Made by a program: the position numbers and the translations under genes. Shown here in pieces: positions 10,032-20,110 of a DNA stretch of 64,000 nt. This DNA is from an uncultured Candidatus Saccharibacteria bacterium (GTDB lineage: Bacteria > Patescibacteriota > Minisyncoccia > Phycocordibacterales > UBA918): positions 292,528 to 356,527 of the forward strand of contig CAYGLK010000001.1 of assembly GCA_964350985.1 (NCBI GenBank). Reading direction: 5' to 3'. The number at the start of each line of letters is the position of its first letter. Position 1 is the stretch's first letter. The notes under the pieces were generated by a model, which was not told the DNA's origin, searched no databases, and saw nothing but the letters and a program-made list of their open reading frames with translations.

Positions 10032-10197
10032 AGTGATGAGATTTTAACATACGATATAGACGTGGTCTATGAAATATCTACTTATGTATTACGTATTAGT
10101 AACTATGAGTAAATTAAAATACATACATAGACAAAAAGCTTTTTTTGTGTTATCTTTGTTTTTTATAAAAGTTTGAATAATCTAAATATCACTGGCT

Positions 10198-11727
10198 ATG
10201 TTAAGAAAAGTATGGAGTTACAAATATACTAAAGCTATCTTGAGTGTTTTGGCAGTGTTTATTTTAGCGCTAATTATTAGGGGCGGAAATGGTTCTGATA
10301 CTACTACAGCCAAAGACGAAAAATTCCCTCTGGTGACTGTAACAACACCGCTGGCCTATACAGATGCTGGTACCTTGTCTCTTATAGGCTCAGTCCGCGC
10401 TTTTACTGAAGCAGAGATCACTGCAGAAGTTGGTGGTCGGGTGACAAGTGTCAATGCAAAACTTGGTCAGCAAGTACAAGCTGGTCAAATTTTGGTTACC
10501 ATCGAAAATGCCAGTGAGCGCGCTCAATTACTTCAAGCTGAAGGAGTATACGAGGCTGCACAAGCCGCAGCCGCATCAAGTGTTGTTGGTACCAAGGAGG
10601 CAGAGATAAGACTATCTGACGCTAAAAACACATTGTCTGTGTCTATTAGCACTGCATATACCACCGCTCAGAGTGTTGTAATAAATACTCTTGATAGTAA
10701 CTTTTACGCCGGACCAAACAGTACTTACCCTTCACTAAGAATAAATACTTTAGGAAATAGTGAATTTTTAAGAAGTGAGAGATTAGATTTTCAAACTGTA
10801 CTTCCAAAACTACAAAGTAATTCCCTCCTTGCTTCTTCTGAAGCCAATCTAAAAGAAACTGCAGAGTATGCAACTGTTCAACTTAAGCGAATTTTAACTG
10901 TTACTGATATCTTTTTAGATGTTGTAAATGATTTAAAAAACAACGACCAATTTACTGAACCACAAAAAACTCAACTCAATAGTGATTTAAATACAGCTCG
11001 AAGTTCTCTAGTTTCTACTATCAGCAACTTAGAAAGAAATCTCCTTGCACTTAAGTCAGCAGAAGAAGGTTTGGAGAAAGCTCAAATCAGTGCCACTGGC
11101 GGTATTGCTTCGGCGTCTGAAGCTCAACTTAAGCAAGCTTTAGGTTCTCTTAGAGCAGCTCAAGCTAATTATGCTAAAACAATCCTCCGAACTCCAATTA
11201 GTGGCACTGTCAACTCTATATCAATACAAAGTGGCGATTTTATTTCAGCGTTTACAAATGTAGCAGTTGTAGCTAACAACTCAGCTCTAGAAGTGGTTAC
11301 TTTTGTCGGTGATCTGGAAAGGAGTGTTTTGAACATCGGTGATAAAGTACTTATTGAAAATAACTACGAAGGTACCATCACTCAAATTGCCCCAGGGGTT
11401 GATAGTGCAACACGAAAGACAGAGGTACGTATTGCTACTGAGGATGCCAATATTAAAAATGGAGACACAGTAAAGATAACTAACTATAGTGAAGAAGCTA
11501 CCACTACCCTTAAAGAGATCAGGGTACCTCTAACAGCCGTTAAGTTTGAGATTGAAGACGGCTCTATCTTTACAGTTCGTGAAGGTAAGTTGGTAAACCT
11601 GCCAGTAAAACTAGGGAGCATTAGCGGCAACTCAGTTGTTGTTTTAGAAGGACTTAGTGCCAATGATGAGTTTGTAGTTGATGCGCGTGGCTTGTTAGCA
11701 GGGACTCAAGTTGAAGTAAAAAATTAG
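10198..11727 (+). CDS. efflux RND transporter periplasmic adaptor subunit (membrane fusion protein, HlyD family)
   Basis: N-terminal TM. The lipoyl/beta-barrel signature ...ITAEVGGRVTSVNAKLGQQVQAGQILVTIE... is present, along with a long coiled-coil hairpin and RTPISGTVNSISIQSGDFIS. Lies immediately upstream of an RND permease, with a 2-nt gap. Confidence 0.85.
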   Translation: MLRKVWSYKYTKAILSVLAVFILALIIRGGNGSDTTTAKDEKFPLVTVTTPLAYTDAGTLSLIGSVRAFTEAEITAEVGGRVTSVNAKLGQQVQAGQILVTIENASERAQLLQAEGVYEAAQAAAASSVVGTKEAEIRLSDAKNTLSVSISTAYTTAQSVVINTLDSNFYAGPNSTYPSLRINTLGNSEFLRSERLDFQTVLPKLQSNSLLASSEANLKETAEYATVQLKRILTVTDIFLDVVNDLKNNDQFTEPQKTQLNSDLNTARSSLVSTISNLERNLLALKSAEEGLEKAQISATGGIASASEAQLKQALGSLRAAQANYAKTILRTPISGTVNSISIQSGDFISAFTNVAVVANNSALEVVTFVGDLERSVLNIGDKVLIENNYEGTITQIAPGVDSATRKTEVRIATEDANIKNGDTVKITNYSEEATTTLKEIRVPLTAVKFEIEDGSIFTVREGKLVNLPVKLGSISGNSVVVLEGLSANDEFVVDARGLLAGTQVEVKN

Positions 11728-11729
11728 TT

Positions 11730-14700
11730 ATGTGGGAATTTTTTATTAAGAACAATCGCTTCACGTATTTGATTTTATTAGCCTTAATGGGTATTGGTAC
11801 TTACTCATTAGTTGCAATACCAAAAGAATCTTCACCTGAGGTGGTGATTCCTGTTGGAATAGTGACTACTACTCTACTTGGGGCACCAGCTGCTGATATA
11901 GAATCATTAGTGACTAATGAGGTTGAAAGAGGTCTAACAAATCTTGAAAATGTTTCCAAAATAACTTCCACTTCTAGAGAAGGATTGTCTTCTGTCGTGG
12001 TTGAATTTGAAGCCTCAGCTGATTTGGACGAATCTATTGCCGATCTTAAAGACGCTGTTGATCGTATAAAGCAAGATTTACCTTCTGATGCTAACGACCC
12101 TTTCGTGTCTGAAGTTAATTTTGTTGACCAACCGATTTTAACCATTGCTGTCGCTTTAGATATTAGCGACACTGACTTCACTGCTTTATCAAAAAAAGTG
12201 GAAACAGCTATTGAGTCAGTTAGTGGTGTTTCCCGAGTAGAAGTAAGTGGGGTTAGAGACCGGGAGGTTGCGATTATTGTTGATCAAGCGTCTTTAGCTA
12301 GATTCGACCTATCTCTTAGTGAGATTATTAATGCAGTGAGAAACTCCAATCTTACTTTACCAATCGGACAGATTGTAAATGACGGAGTATCGTACAACGT
12401 TGCTTTTGAGGGAGATATTAATGACACTTCAGAGATTAGAAACATTGCTATCACAACCCGTGGTGGCCAACCGGTATTTTTAAAAGACGTTGCTGTTATT
12501 GAAGACGGCTTAGCTCCGGCTACTAGAATTTCTAGACTAAGTGTAGAGCAAAAACCATCAGTTCACTCAATTGCATTTGATGTATATAAGAGATCTGGTG
12601 GTGATATCACAGTGATTGCCAATGAAGTGAACCGACTGATAGAAGATCTCAAGCAGCCAGAAGGTATTTTGGCTGGAGCAACCACAAAAACTATTCTTGA
12701 TGCCGGTAATCAAATTAAAAAAGATCTAATTAGACTCTCCAGTTCTGGTGTACAAACTGTCATTCTAGTAGTCCTTCTCTTGATAGTTACTATTGGCTGG
12801 CGCGAAGGGTTTTTGGCTGGTCTAGCTATTCCTCTCTCTTTCCTGTTTGGTTTTATTGGACTTTATTTTTCAGGTAATACTATCAATTTTCTCAGTCTTT
12901 TTTCTCTCATTTTGGGTATTGGTATTTTAGTTGACTCAGCGATTGTGGTGGTAGAGGGAATAAACAAAAAAATGAAAGACAATCCCCTGATTGACAAACT
13001 AGAGGCAGCAACCCAAGTTACCAAGGAATTTTCTAGTCCAATTATTTCAGGCACACTGACGACAGTATCTATGTTTGTTGGGCTCTTTATTGTCTCTGGT
13101 GTGATTGGTCAGTTTATCTCGAGTATTCCCTTCACTCTAATCTTCTTACTTTTTGCTTCATTATTTGTTGCTCTGGCAATGTTGCCTTTATTTGCAGCTA
13201 CTTTTCTTAAACGACGCAGTGCTACTAAATTTGAGCAGAAACAAGTTGAGTATGCTCATGCGGCCGAGAGTAAATATAGAAAGTTTTTAGAATCATATCT
13301 AGATGATTCTAAAAAACAAGATAAGTTCTTAGCCCTGATATTTGCACTTCTGGTACTCGCTCTCTTCTTACCGGTAAACTTATTCGGCGGTATTATTGCA
13401 GCTCCAATTACTTATATAGTATTAGTCAGGTTAGCTACCTATCAACGTCAAAAGGGTTTTGGTAGTTTGAAACGCTCACTTATCTTTATACCTACACTAT
13501 TTGTCACTGTAGCTGTTTCTTTTATGGTGGCTAATACTCTAGTCCCAGCACTTAATTTAGTAAAAGTGACCTTTTTCTCACAAAGTGATGTCGACTTTAT
13601 TATTGTTGAAGTTGAAAAACCAGAAGGAACAACTAAAGAAATCACTGATGTAGTAGTACGGAGAGTTGAGGAAGTTTTGTATCAAGAAAATGAAATTGAG
13701 TCATTTACTGTAACTGTTGGCAGCGGTAGTCAGTTTGTTGGTGGTGGCACTGGAGAAAAGTTTGCTAACATCTTCATAAATTTAAAGCTTGATCGAGAAA
13801 GAACCAGTACAGAAATTGTAGAAGACTTAAGAGATAAGTTTTCTCCCTTTAATGACGCTAGAGTGACTGTTAACCAACCGAGTGATGGACCACCAACGGG
13901 AGCAGCGATTATTGTGAAGTTTCTTGGTGATGATTTAGCGGAAATTACTAGACTAGCTAATCAATCGTCTCAAATATTTAGTTCTCTAGATAATGTGGTT
14001 AACGTTGAAACTAGTACCAATAACAATAGTACGGAGTTTGTCCTCGATTTGGACCGTGAAAAAGCAGCTTCACTTGGACTTAATCCCTTCGCTATCTCAC
14101 AGATTGCTAGAACCGCTGTATTTGGTACTGAAGCCACTTCTCTGACAACCTTAGACGAAGACATAAAGGTGATGGTTAAACTCAATGTAAATAATTCAAC
14201 TACCGTTCAAAATGATACAGCCAGTACCATGTCTATTGCTGATCTTTCTAATATCAGTATTCCAACCCAAAATGGGGGTGTTGCTTTGTCTGAGCTAGTG
14301 ACAATTAGTTTAAGAGAATCGAGTTCAGTGATAAATCACGAAGATAGAAAACGGGTGGTGACAGTAACAGCTGACGTTACTGGAGATGGTAATGCACGTG
14401 AAATTCAAGCGATGGCTCTCGAGCGCATCAATAATGAACTAGATGTGCCAGATACGGTGATTATTAGTACTGGCGGGGGTGAGTCTGATGAATCAAACCA
14501 AGCTTTTGCCGAAATGCTTTTCGCCTTGATTGTCGGTATAGTTTTAATGGTTGGAGTATTAACTCTGCAATTTAATTCATACCTCCACATGCGCTACGTT
14601 CTATCAATTTTGCCATATTCGCTTATTGGTATTATGTTTGGTCTAGCTATCACTCAGAACCCTCTCTCCTTCCCTTCTATCATGGGCTTTATTGCACTGT

Positions 14701-14996
14701 CTGGTATTGTAGTAAATAACTCTATCCTACTGATTGATAGTATGAACCAAGCTAGGCGCAAGTATCCGGAAATGCCAATCAAGGATGTTGTCTTGGACTC
14801 AGCTAGCAGTAGACTAAGGCCGATTCTCTTGACTACGCTAACAACAGTCATCGGTATGATACCGCTAACTTATGCGGGTGATCTTTGGGCACCACTTGCT
14901 TATGCGGTGATGTTTGGACTGGCCTTTTCTGTGGTCATTACATTGATTCTAATCCCTATTATCTACAGTAAGCGACCAGGAACTCTGACAAAGTAA
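11730..14996 (+). CDS. efflux RND transporter permease subunit (AcrB/HAE family)
   Basis: 1088 aa. Two blocks of about six TM helices alternate with large periplasmic loops, which is the typical AcrB architecture. Confidence 0.9.
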   Translation: MWEFFIKNNRFTYLILLALMGIGTYSLVAIPKESSPEVVIPVGIVTTTLLGAPAADIESLVTNEVERGLTNLENVSKITSTSREGLSSVVVEFEASADLDESIADLKDAVDRIKQDLPSDANDPFVSEVNFVDQPILTIAVALDISDTDFTALSKKVETAIESVSGVSRVEVSGVRDREVAIIVDQASLARFDLSLSEIINAVRNSNLTLPIGQIVNDGVSYNVAFEGDINDTSEIRNIAITTRGGQPVFLKDVAVIEDGLAPATRISRLSVEQKPSVHSIAFDVYKRSGGDITVIANEVNRLIEDLKQPEGILAGATTKTILDAGNQIKKDLIRLSSSGVQTVILVVLLLIVTIGWREGFLAGLAIPLSFLFGFIGLYFSGNTINFLSLFSLILGIGILVDSAIVVVEGINKKMKDNPLIDKLEAATQVTKEFSSPIISGTLTTVSMFVGLFIVSGVIGQFISSIPFTLIFLLFASLFVALAMLPLFAATFLKRRSATKFEQKQVEYAHAAESKYRKFLESYLDDSKKQDKFLALIFALLVLALFLPVNLFGGIIAAPITYIVLVRLATYQRQKGFGSLKRSLIFIPTLFVTVAVSFMVANTLVPALNLVKVTFFSQSDVDFIIVEVEKPEGTTKEITDVVVRRVEEVLYQENEIESFTVTVGSGSQFVGGGTGEKFANIFINLKLDRERTSTEIVEDLRDKFSPFNDARVTVNQPSDGPPTGAAIIVKFLGDDLAEITRLANQSSQIFSSLDNVVNVETSTNNNSTEFVLDLDREKAASLGLNPFAISQIARTAVFGTEATSLTTLDEDIKVMVKLNVNNSTTVQNDTASTMSIADLSNISIPTQNGGVALSELVTISLRESSSVINHEDRKRVVTVTADVTGDGNAREIQAMALERINNELDVPDTVIISTGGGESDESNQAFAEMLFALIVGIVLMVGVLTLQFNSYLHMRYVLSILPYSLIGIMFGLAITQNPLSFPSIMGFIALSGIVVNNSILLIDSMNQARRKYPEMPIKDVVLDSASSRLRPILLTTLTTVIGMIPLTYAGDLWAPLAYAVMFGLAFSVVITLILIPIIYSKRPGTLTK

Positions 14997-15010
14997 TCTG
15001 GTAATGATTT

Positions 15011-15544
15011 TTAAGCTGAAGGGCTAGAATCTTGTTCTAGTCTTTTTGCTTTTAGATAAGCCATTACACCATTTATCAAACTGATAGCAAAGAAGATTAG
15101 AGCTGCGTAAGCAAACAAAAAGACCCAGATGCTGATGTTAGTTATTCCTTGAGCCATAAAAGCAGCTAAAAAGCCGAGAGAATACCAACTAGAGGCTTGA
15201 ATCGCTGGGCCAAAGGTACTTGGCATTACTCTCTTGGTCATTAGAAACGCATTAAAAAATAACATAAAGACCAAAATTGCTTGGGCAATTATATAGTTTC
15301 CAAAAAATTCTGTTCCTATAGCACTGTACCCGATTGCAGCTACTGCTAATGCAGTGAATAAAATCACTCCCATCGCCACTCTTAAAACCGTATAAGTAAT
15401 ACCCATAAAGTTTCGTTCCGTCTCGTCAATCTTCCCGTCAGAAATAGCATAGAAGAAATTTAAGATGGCTAAAGTAGAACCTCCAACTCCTAAAGAAATA
15501 CCCATTGATTGCAGCACACCAACTAGAATTGTTATTGTTTCCAT
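15011..15544 (-). CDS. hypothetical integral membrane protein
   Basis: 177 aa, about 5 TM helices. Confidence 0.45.
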   Translation of the reverse strand: METITILVGVLQSMGISLGVGGSTLAILNFFYAISDGKIDETERNFMGITYTVLRVAMGVILFTALAVAAIGYSAIGTEFFGNYIIAQAILVFMLFFNAFLMTKRVMPSTFGPAIQASSWYSLGFLAAFMAQGITNISIWVFLFAYAALIFFAISLINGVMAYLKAKRLEQDSSPSA

Positions 15545-15652
15545 GTCTATATAATAGCAAGTAAGTGAACTTTTTCTAACTGGCCTTGTTTACTACTGAA
15601 ATTGGCTAACCTACAAGTAACGTGTAAAATGTTATTACTAATATAAATTATT

Positions 15653-17002
15653 GTGTCATTTGATCATCAAAAAACAATTTATCGAGATTTTGATATTCGC
15701 GGAAAATATCCTGAGGAAATAACAGATGCTGAGGTCTATAAAATAGCTAAAGCGTTAAAAAAGCATTATGCAATTAAAAATGTTGCAATTGGATACGATA
15801 TCAGACCCTCGGCTGATAATTTATTTAATGCTTTAAGTAAAGGTTTTGTCGAAGATGGAGTTGATGTAATAGATCTTGGTCTATGCACAACACCAATGAC
15901 TTACTACATTGGGGGCACTTTAGATGTTGACATGACGGTAATGATCACCGCTTCTCATATGCCGTCAAACTATAATGGTCTCAAAATCACTGTTGAAGAC
16001 GCTAAACCGGTTACCAGCGACGTCTTGCAAATAATCCGAGATATTGTTGGAACACACACTTTCTCTGAAGCAGTGACTCATGGGGAGATTTCTAAGCATT
16101 CATTGCAAAAGGACTGGATAAATAAATTTAAAACCGATCACGATCTAACAGGATCAAAACTTAAAGTAGTTATAGACCCAGCTAACATGATCGGGGTGCT
16201 TGAAATTGACACTTTCAAAGCTTTCGAGCCGGACATTGAAGTTCACACTATTTTTGATAACTTTGATCACACCTGTCCAAATCACGAAGCCAATCCTATT
16301 AAACTCGAAGCACTTGAACCTTTAGGTAAAGAAGTTGTTTGCCTTGTGGCTGACTTAGGAGTCGCTTTTGACGGTGATGCTGACAGAGTAGGATTTGTCG
16401 ACGAAAAAGGAAATCCTGTACCAAGCGATTTAATCGGGACTCTTCTAGCTCGCTATATCCTCAAGAAATACCCGGGTTCAAAAATAGTCTGTGATATTAG
16501 ATCCTCAAACTCATTAGTTAAAGAAATTGAAAGACTAGGTGGTACTGCCATTCGTGAAAAAGTCGGTCATACAAATATTCGCACTAGAATGCGCAAAGAA
16601 AATGCCGCCCTAGGAGTTGAGCTATCTGGACACTTCTTCTTTAGAGACACTTTTTTCTCAGAAGGCGGTCCACTGCCGGCTTTTATAATAATGGAATTAC
16701 TTAAAAGTGAACAAAAAACTTTAAGTACTCTAATTAGTGAGATCAATCAATTTCACCACTCAGGTGAAATTAATAGCTCTATTACAAGACCTTCTGCACT
16801 TATTTATTCAGATATTGCCAAAGCTTTTCCTGAGTCAGTTGTTTCAAAATTAGACGGTCTTTCGCTTGAAAACAAAACCTGGTGGTGTAACGTTAGACCT
16901 TCCGCTAATGATCCCGTAATGCGCCTAAATGTTGAAGCAAATAATAAAGCAGAGATGGAGGCAACTAGGGACACTCTCCTGGAAATTATTAGAAGAAACT
17001 AG
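15653..17002 (+). CDS. phosphomannomutase/phosphoglucomutase (alpha-D-phosphohexomutase family)
   Basis: Active-site serine loop TASHMPSNYNGLK (consensus T[AG]SHNP). Metal-binding DGDADR and sugar-binding GELSGH-like motifs are present. Confidence 0.85.
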   Translation: MSFDHQKTIYRDFDIRGKYPEEITDAEVYKIAKALKKHYAIKNVAIGYDIRPSADNLFNALSKGFVEDGVDVIDLGLCTTPMTYYIGGTLDVDMTVMITASHMPSNYNGLKITVEDAKPVTSDVLQIIRDIVGTHTFSEAVTHGEISKHSLQKDWINKFKTDHDLTGSKLKVVIDPANMIGVLEIDTFKAFEPDIEVHTIFDNFDHTCPNHEANPIKLEALEPLGKEVVCLVADLGVAFDGDADRVGFVDEKGNPVPSDLIGTLLARYILKKYPGSKIVCDIRSSNSLVKEIERLGGTAIREKVGHTNIRTRMRKENAALGVELSGHFFFRDTFFSEGGPLPAFIIMELLKSEQKTLSTLISEINQFHHSGEINSSITRPSALIYSDIAKAFPESVVSKLDGLSLENKTWWCNVRPSANDPVMRLNVEANNKAEMEATRDTLLEIIRRN

Positions 17003-17493
17003 ATGATTTGGTAAGAAGTTGCAGAGCTCTCAGTCGCCCCTTGGGCTCCAAGTAAGCAACTGTTTAGTTCCTCTGTTTTAGTCCAGCCGCACGTTCCACT
17101 TACTTGTCTTTCACAGGTTGTATTAGGTTCTCGATAGCAGGCATATTCTTCCTTCCACTCACAGGTAGTAGCGATATCTTTTATCGAAGCATCTCCACAT
17201 AGCTGACTACTACAACCACCTACATAGCATTTATTATCAACTACAGGTTCTACAGGCTTAGGTTTAATTGGTTCTGGTGTAGTTGTGGCTGTGTTAATAG
17301 GCGCAGAGATGACTTCTGGTGTCTTTGGTAGCTCTGTATTAGGGTCAATAACAACTTCTGTTTCCAAACTATGAACTGTAGATTCCTCATACATGAACTT
17401 TATTGTGTTTAGAGACTGAAAGTATAAAAAAGTCGATACAAAAAAAGCGACCGCAAACACTAAGATTAAAATCTGGTCTTTGTTTAGTTTCAT
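16999..17493 (-). CDS. hypothetical secreted/membrane-anchored Cys-rich protein
   Basis: N-terminal TM or signal sequence, a Pro/Thr linker, and a C-terminal domain with about 10 Cys. Confidence 0.4.
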   Translation of the reverse strand: MKLNKDQILILVFAVAFFVSTFLYFQSLNTIKFMYEESTVHSLETEVVIDPNTELPKTPEVISAPINTATTTPEPIKPKPVEPVVDNKCYVGGCSSQLCGDASIKDIATTCEWKEEYACYREPNTTCERQVSGTCGWTKTEELNSCLLGAQGATESSATSYQII

Positions 17494-17526
17494 ATTTTTA
17501 TGAGGTTATTATACTAGAACTAATAT

Positions 17527-17568
17527 AAAACAGCACCTGCTATTGTGCAGATGCTGTTTTATATACTT
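17527..17568. terminator. rho-independent terminator (bidirectional)
   Basis: AAAACAGCACCTGC-TATTGT-GCAGATGCTGTTTT is flanked by A/T runs. It lies downstream of the CxxC gene on the minus strand. Confidence 0.7.
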
Positions 17569-17589
17569 TTAGTTATTACTTCTTCTTTA

Positions 17590-18210
17590 CTATTTCTTCA
17601 CTGCCTTTTTGACAACCTTCTTTGGTTTTACTTCTTTTACCTTCGCAACCGGCTTTTCTTTTGGTTTTTCAGCTTTCTTTTCAGTCTTTTTTTCAGCAAC
17701 TTTAACAACTTCTTTCTTCGGCGCAGCTGTTTGTAACTTCCCTTCCAAACCTCTAATCATTTGAACAACTTCATTAAGCTTAGCGTCTAGAGAAGACATT
17801 TGTCTTTGTAGTCCAGCGATATCAAGCTGTTTACCCGGTGAGTTTTGTGGTCGTGTAAAGTCTGTTCTTGGTGTACTAGGTCGATCAAACTTTTGTCGAT
17901 CACCTTTTCCAAAAGTGGCTTCTGGTGATGCGTTTTTATTTGCAAAACATTCTTTACATAAAACAGGCTTTTCACCATTTGGTCTAAATGGTACTGAGCA
18001 ACTCTTTCCACAAGTAGTACAAGTTGCATCAAAAAGCTCTACATCTCGCTTTGGACGATCATCAAACCGGCCTCCACCATGACCACCTCTGTCATCATGT
18101 CGTGGCTTACTATCAAAACGTCTCTTTGGTCCATAATTAGCATCAGATTTCGGTCGGCCACCAAATTCAGTCTCTCGATTCCCTCGACCTCCCATGTTAA
18201 ATTTATTCAT
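17590..18210 (-). CDS. CxxC-x17-CxxC zinc-ribbon protein with RGG-rich N-terminus and Lys-rich C-terminus
   Basis: CTTCGKSCSVPFRPNGEKPVLCKECF gives CxxC, 17 residues, CxxC. Gly/Arg-rich N-terminus and KKxEK-repeat tail. Confidence 0.7.
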   Translation of the reverse strand: MNKFNMGGRGNRETEFGGRPKSDANYGPKRRFDSKPRHDDRGGHGGGRFDDRPKRDVELFDATCTTCGKSCSVPFRPNGEKPVLCKECFANKNASPEATFGKGDRQKFDRPSTPRTDFTRPQNSPGKQLDIAGLQRQMSSLDAKLNEVVQMIRGLEGKLQTAAPKKEVVKVAEKKTEKKAEKPKEKPVAKVKEVKPKKVVKKAVKK

Positions 18211-18259
18211 GCAGAAGATTATAGCACAGTTTTTCTATATTTCAAGTTAAAAATATAGC

Positions 18260-18820
18260 CTAGGAAAGTTTCACTTTGTCTGAAACTATTGGTTTTATGT
18301 ATTGTTGATACCTAGTGTCGGTTAATCCTAGCTTGTAGTTAATTCGATTAATCACAATGTTATAGATTTTGGCCGACTTCCCTTTTATCTCTATCTGAAT
18401 CCTGAAAGAAGCAGTCTTCCCTGCTAGGATTTTAGTATATTGCAATGTCCCTACAGTAACTTGGGTGACACCTTCACCTCGACTCGAGACACTAGCCCTT
18501 GATACTGAACCTTCTGCAGTTCCCTCTATGTGGTACATAAAACCAGTTGGTTTTCTACTTGAAGAGATACTAGTAGGTACAAAGACGGTTTCTTTCTTAG
18601 CTTTGATATCAATTAAAAGAAAAAATTTACCTTCAAATCTATCTGGTTTATCTTTTGTTTTAATTCTGTCAAAGCGGGCTTGATTCTTTTTTACTTTAAT
18701 TTGCACATATTCATCTAAGCCTGCTTTTTTATTTGCTTCAGCTAGCTGTTCTTGTAATCCATCCAACTTAGTAGTTAATTCTTTTAAAAGTTTCTTCTTC
18801 TCAGTTGATGTTTTTGCCAT
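18260..18820 (-). CDS. hypothetical protein
   Basis: 186 aa. N-terminal coiled coil, no known motif. Confidence 0.4.
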   Translation of the reverse strand: MAKTSTEKKKLLKELTTKLDGLQEQLAEANKKAGLDEYVQIKVKKNQARFDRIKTKDKPDRFEGKFFLLIDIKAKKETVFVPTSISSSRKPTGFMYHIEGTAEGSVSRASVSSRGEGVTQVTVGTLQYTKILAGKTASFRIQIEIKGKSAKIYNIVINRINYKLGLTDTRYQQYIKPIVSDKVKLS

Positions 18821-18879
18821 AGTTTTATTATAGAACTTTAAAAATAGAGAAATGGACTTTTAGCACATTTAAAGAGTTA

Positions 18880-19270
18880 CTGGCTATGAACGAGAAGATT
18901 CGGTTACTCTCATTGATTTTAGTGGTCACGAGTTACTAAGTATAATTTTGCACTTTGTGCAAATTCTACTAAGTACTCTCGACCCCGGCTCGGCCGTTTT
19001 AGCTTAATGAAAAGCTGAAACATGTCTCCGACTTCCACATCGAGAAGATTCGGTCACTGGTTACTAAGTATAATTGTTCGCTTCACTCCAATTCTACTAA
19101 GTACCATCGACCCCGACTCGCCGGCCCAATGGGTCCCCGGCTCATTACACAAGCAACATGAGTGGTTATTTATGTGGTCACGAATCACTAAGTATATTTT
19201 TTCGCTACGCTCTAAATCTACTAAGTGTTCTCGACCCCGACGCACTCGTGGCAAAGCCACATCGTTTACG
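18880..19270. repeat. tandem array of three ~115-bp imperfect direct repeats containing copies of the tRNA-Ala T-arm sequence
   Basis: Core: GGTCAC(N3)TTACTAAGTATAAT(N~14)AATTCTACTAAGTAC(N2)TCGACCCCGRC. Units begin at about 18915, 19053 and 19168. Two units carry CGAGAAGATTCGG, identical to the T-arm 3' segment of the adjacent tRNA-Ala. Confidence 0.7.
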
Positions 19271-19285
19271 TCTTCCATTTCGATA

Positions 19286-19352
19286 CGGAAGCAATGCCTA
19301 TTGCTTCCTAAACAAAAGAACCATCACTTTTAAAGTGATGGTTCTTTTGTTT
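19286..19352. terminator. two consecutive hairpins forming a bidirectional intrinsic terminator
   Basis: GGAAGCAATGCCTATTGCTTCC, then GAACCATCACTTTTAAAGTGATGGTTC followed by TTTTGTTT. On the minus strand this lies just 3' of tRNA-Ala. Confidence 0.7.
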
Positions 19353-19358
19353 ATCGAA

Positions 19359-19431
19359 GTGGACCCGAGAAGATTCGAACTCCCTGCCTCCTCAGTGCAA
19401 ATGAGGCGCTCTACCAAGTGAGCTACGGGCC
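19359..19431 (-). tRNA. tRNA-Ala (anticodon UGC)
   Basis: The reverse complement folds as a cloverleaf with a 7-bp acceptor stem (GGGCCCG/CGGGTCC) containing the G3:U70 Ala identity pair. D-stem GCTC/GAGC. Anticodon stem CCTCA/TGAGG with loop TTTGCAC. T-loop TTCGAAT. CCA is not encoded. Confidence 0.9.
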
Positions 19432-19470
19432 CAGTTAAAACATGTGAACCCGCCTATAATACGAGGTCTG

Positions 19471-20085
19471 CTATTGTAAGTCAAGCTTAGAATCCGCATC
19501 AATCAACACCCAAGGAGCACTAGGGTTAGCTGAGTAATTTGAGCCAATCTTTATACCTACAGCAGTCCAGATTGCTTGTACAGCGCTCTTTGGAGAAATG
19601 AATACTGGAGAGCCGTCTTTGATGATTGGGTAGATTCTGTCAGCTCCAACATCATAGATAAATCCATGACAGTTTTCATTACTGACTTCATGTACTTCAC
19701 AGAAGAAGACAAAAGATTTATCCTGGCTTACTTTATAAGTAAGGTCACCATAGTGATAACCTTGAAGCATTCCGTCAACTTCAAAATCACCATTGTTTAG
19801 GGCTGGGTTGAAAGAAAGTAGGTTCTCTTCCCCGTTCACGCTTATTTTTAGTTCGCCACTGACATACTCTACTGAAGTGCCAAGTTCTATAGCTTCTTCT
19901 ACAACAGCTTCATTTACTTCCGGCAAAGTCGCTTCTACAACACTGGCTGTGTTTGCTTGTGGTAGGTAGACGACATTAGTCTCTTTAACTGGAAGTTGGC
20001 TACCAAAAAGAATAAAGGCTGTCACAAAACCGATTACATAGGATGCGATAACTACGATAGCTTTTTCATGTCTAGTTCCTTCCAT
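19471..20085 (-). CDS. hypothetical membrane-anchored secreted protein
   Basis: 204 aa with an N-terminal TM anchor (IVVIASYVIGFVTAFILFG). Confidence 0.4.
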   Translation of the reverse strand: MEGTRHEKAIVVIASYVIGFVTAFILFGSQLPVKETNVVYLPQANTASVVEATLPEVNEAVVEEAIELGTSVEYVSGELKISVNGEENLLSFNPALNNGDFEVDGMLQGYHYGDLTYKVSQDKSFVFFCEVHEVSNENCHGFIYDVGADRIYPIIKDGSPVFISPKSAVQAIWTAVGIKIGSNYSANPSAPWVLIDADSKLDLQ

Positions 20086-20110
20086 AAAAGATAACTTAAA
20101 TATTTAATAA

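Noticed and set aside
10032-10197. Promoter -35/-10 call upstream of the RND operon
   Set aside because: The region is uniformly AT-rich with many TATAAT-like hexamers. No unique spacing-consistent -35/-10 pair could be singled out.
17545-17736. Plus-strand 63-aa Phe/Leu-rich ORF
   Set aside because: It is antisense to the Lys-rich (AAA/AAG) tail of the CxxC gene, which trivially yields a TTT/CTT-rich ORF. It also overlaps the terminator.
19022-19421. Track ORFs 19022-19333 (+), 19054-19278 (-) and 19158-19421 (+)
   Set aside because: They lie entirely within the tandem repeat array, the terminator hairpins and the tRNA-Ala gene. They overlap each other on both strands and have no RBS context, so they are spurious.
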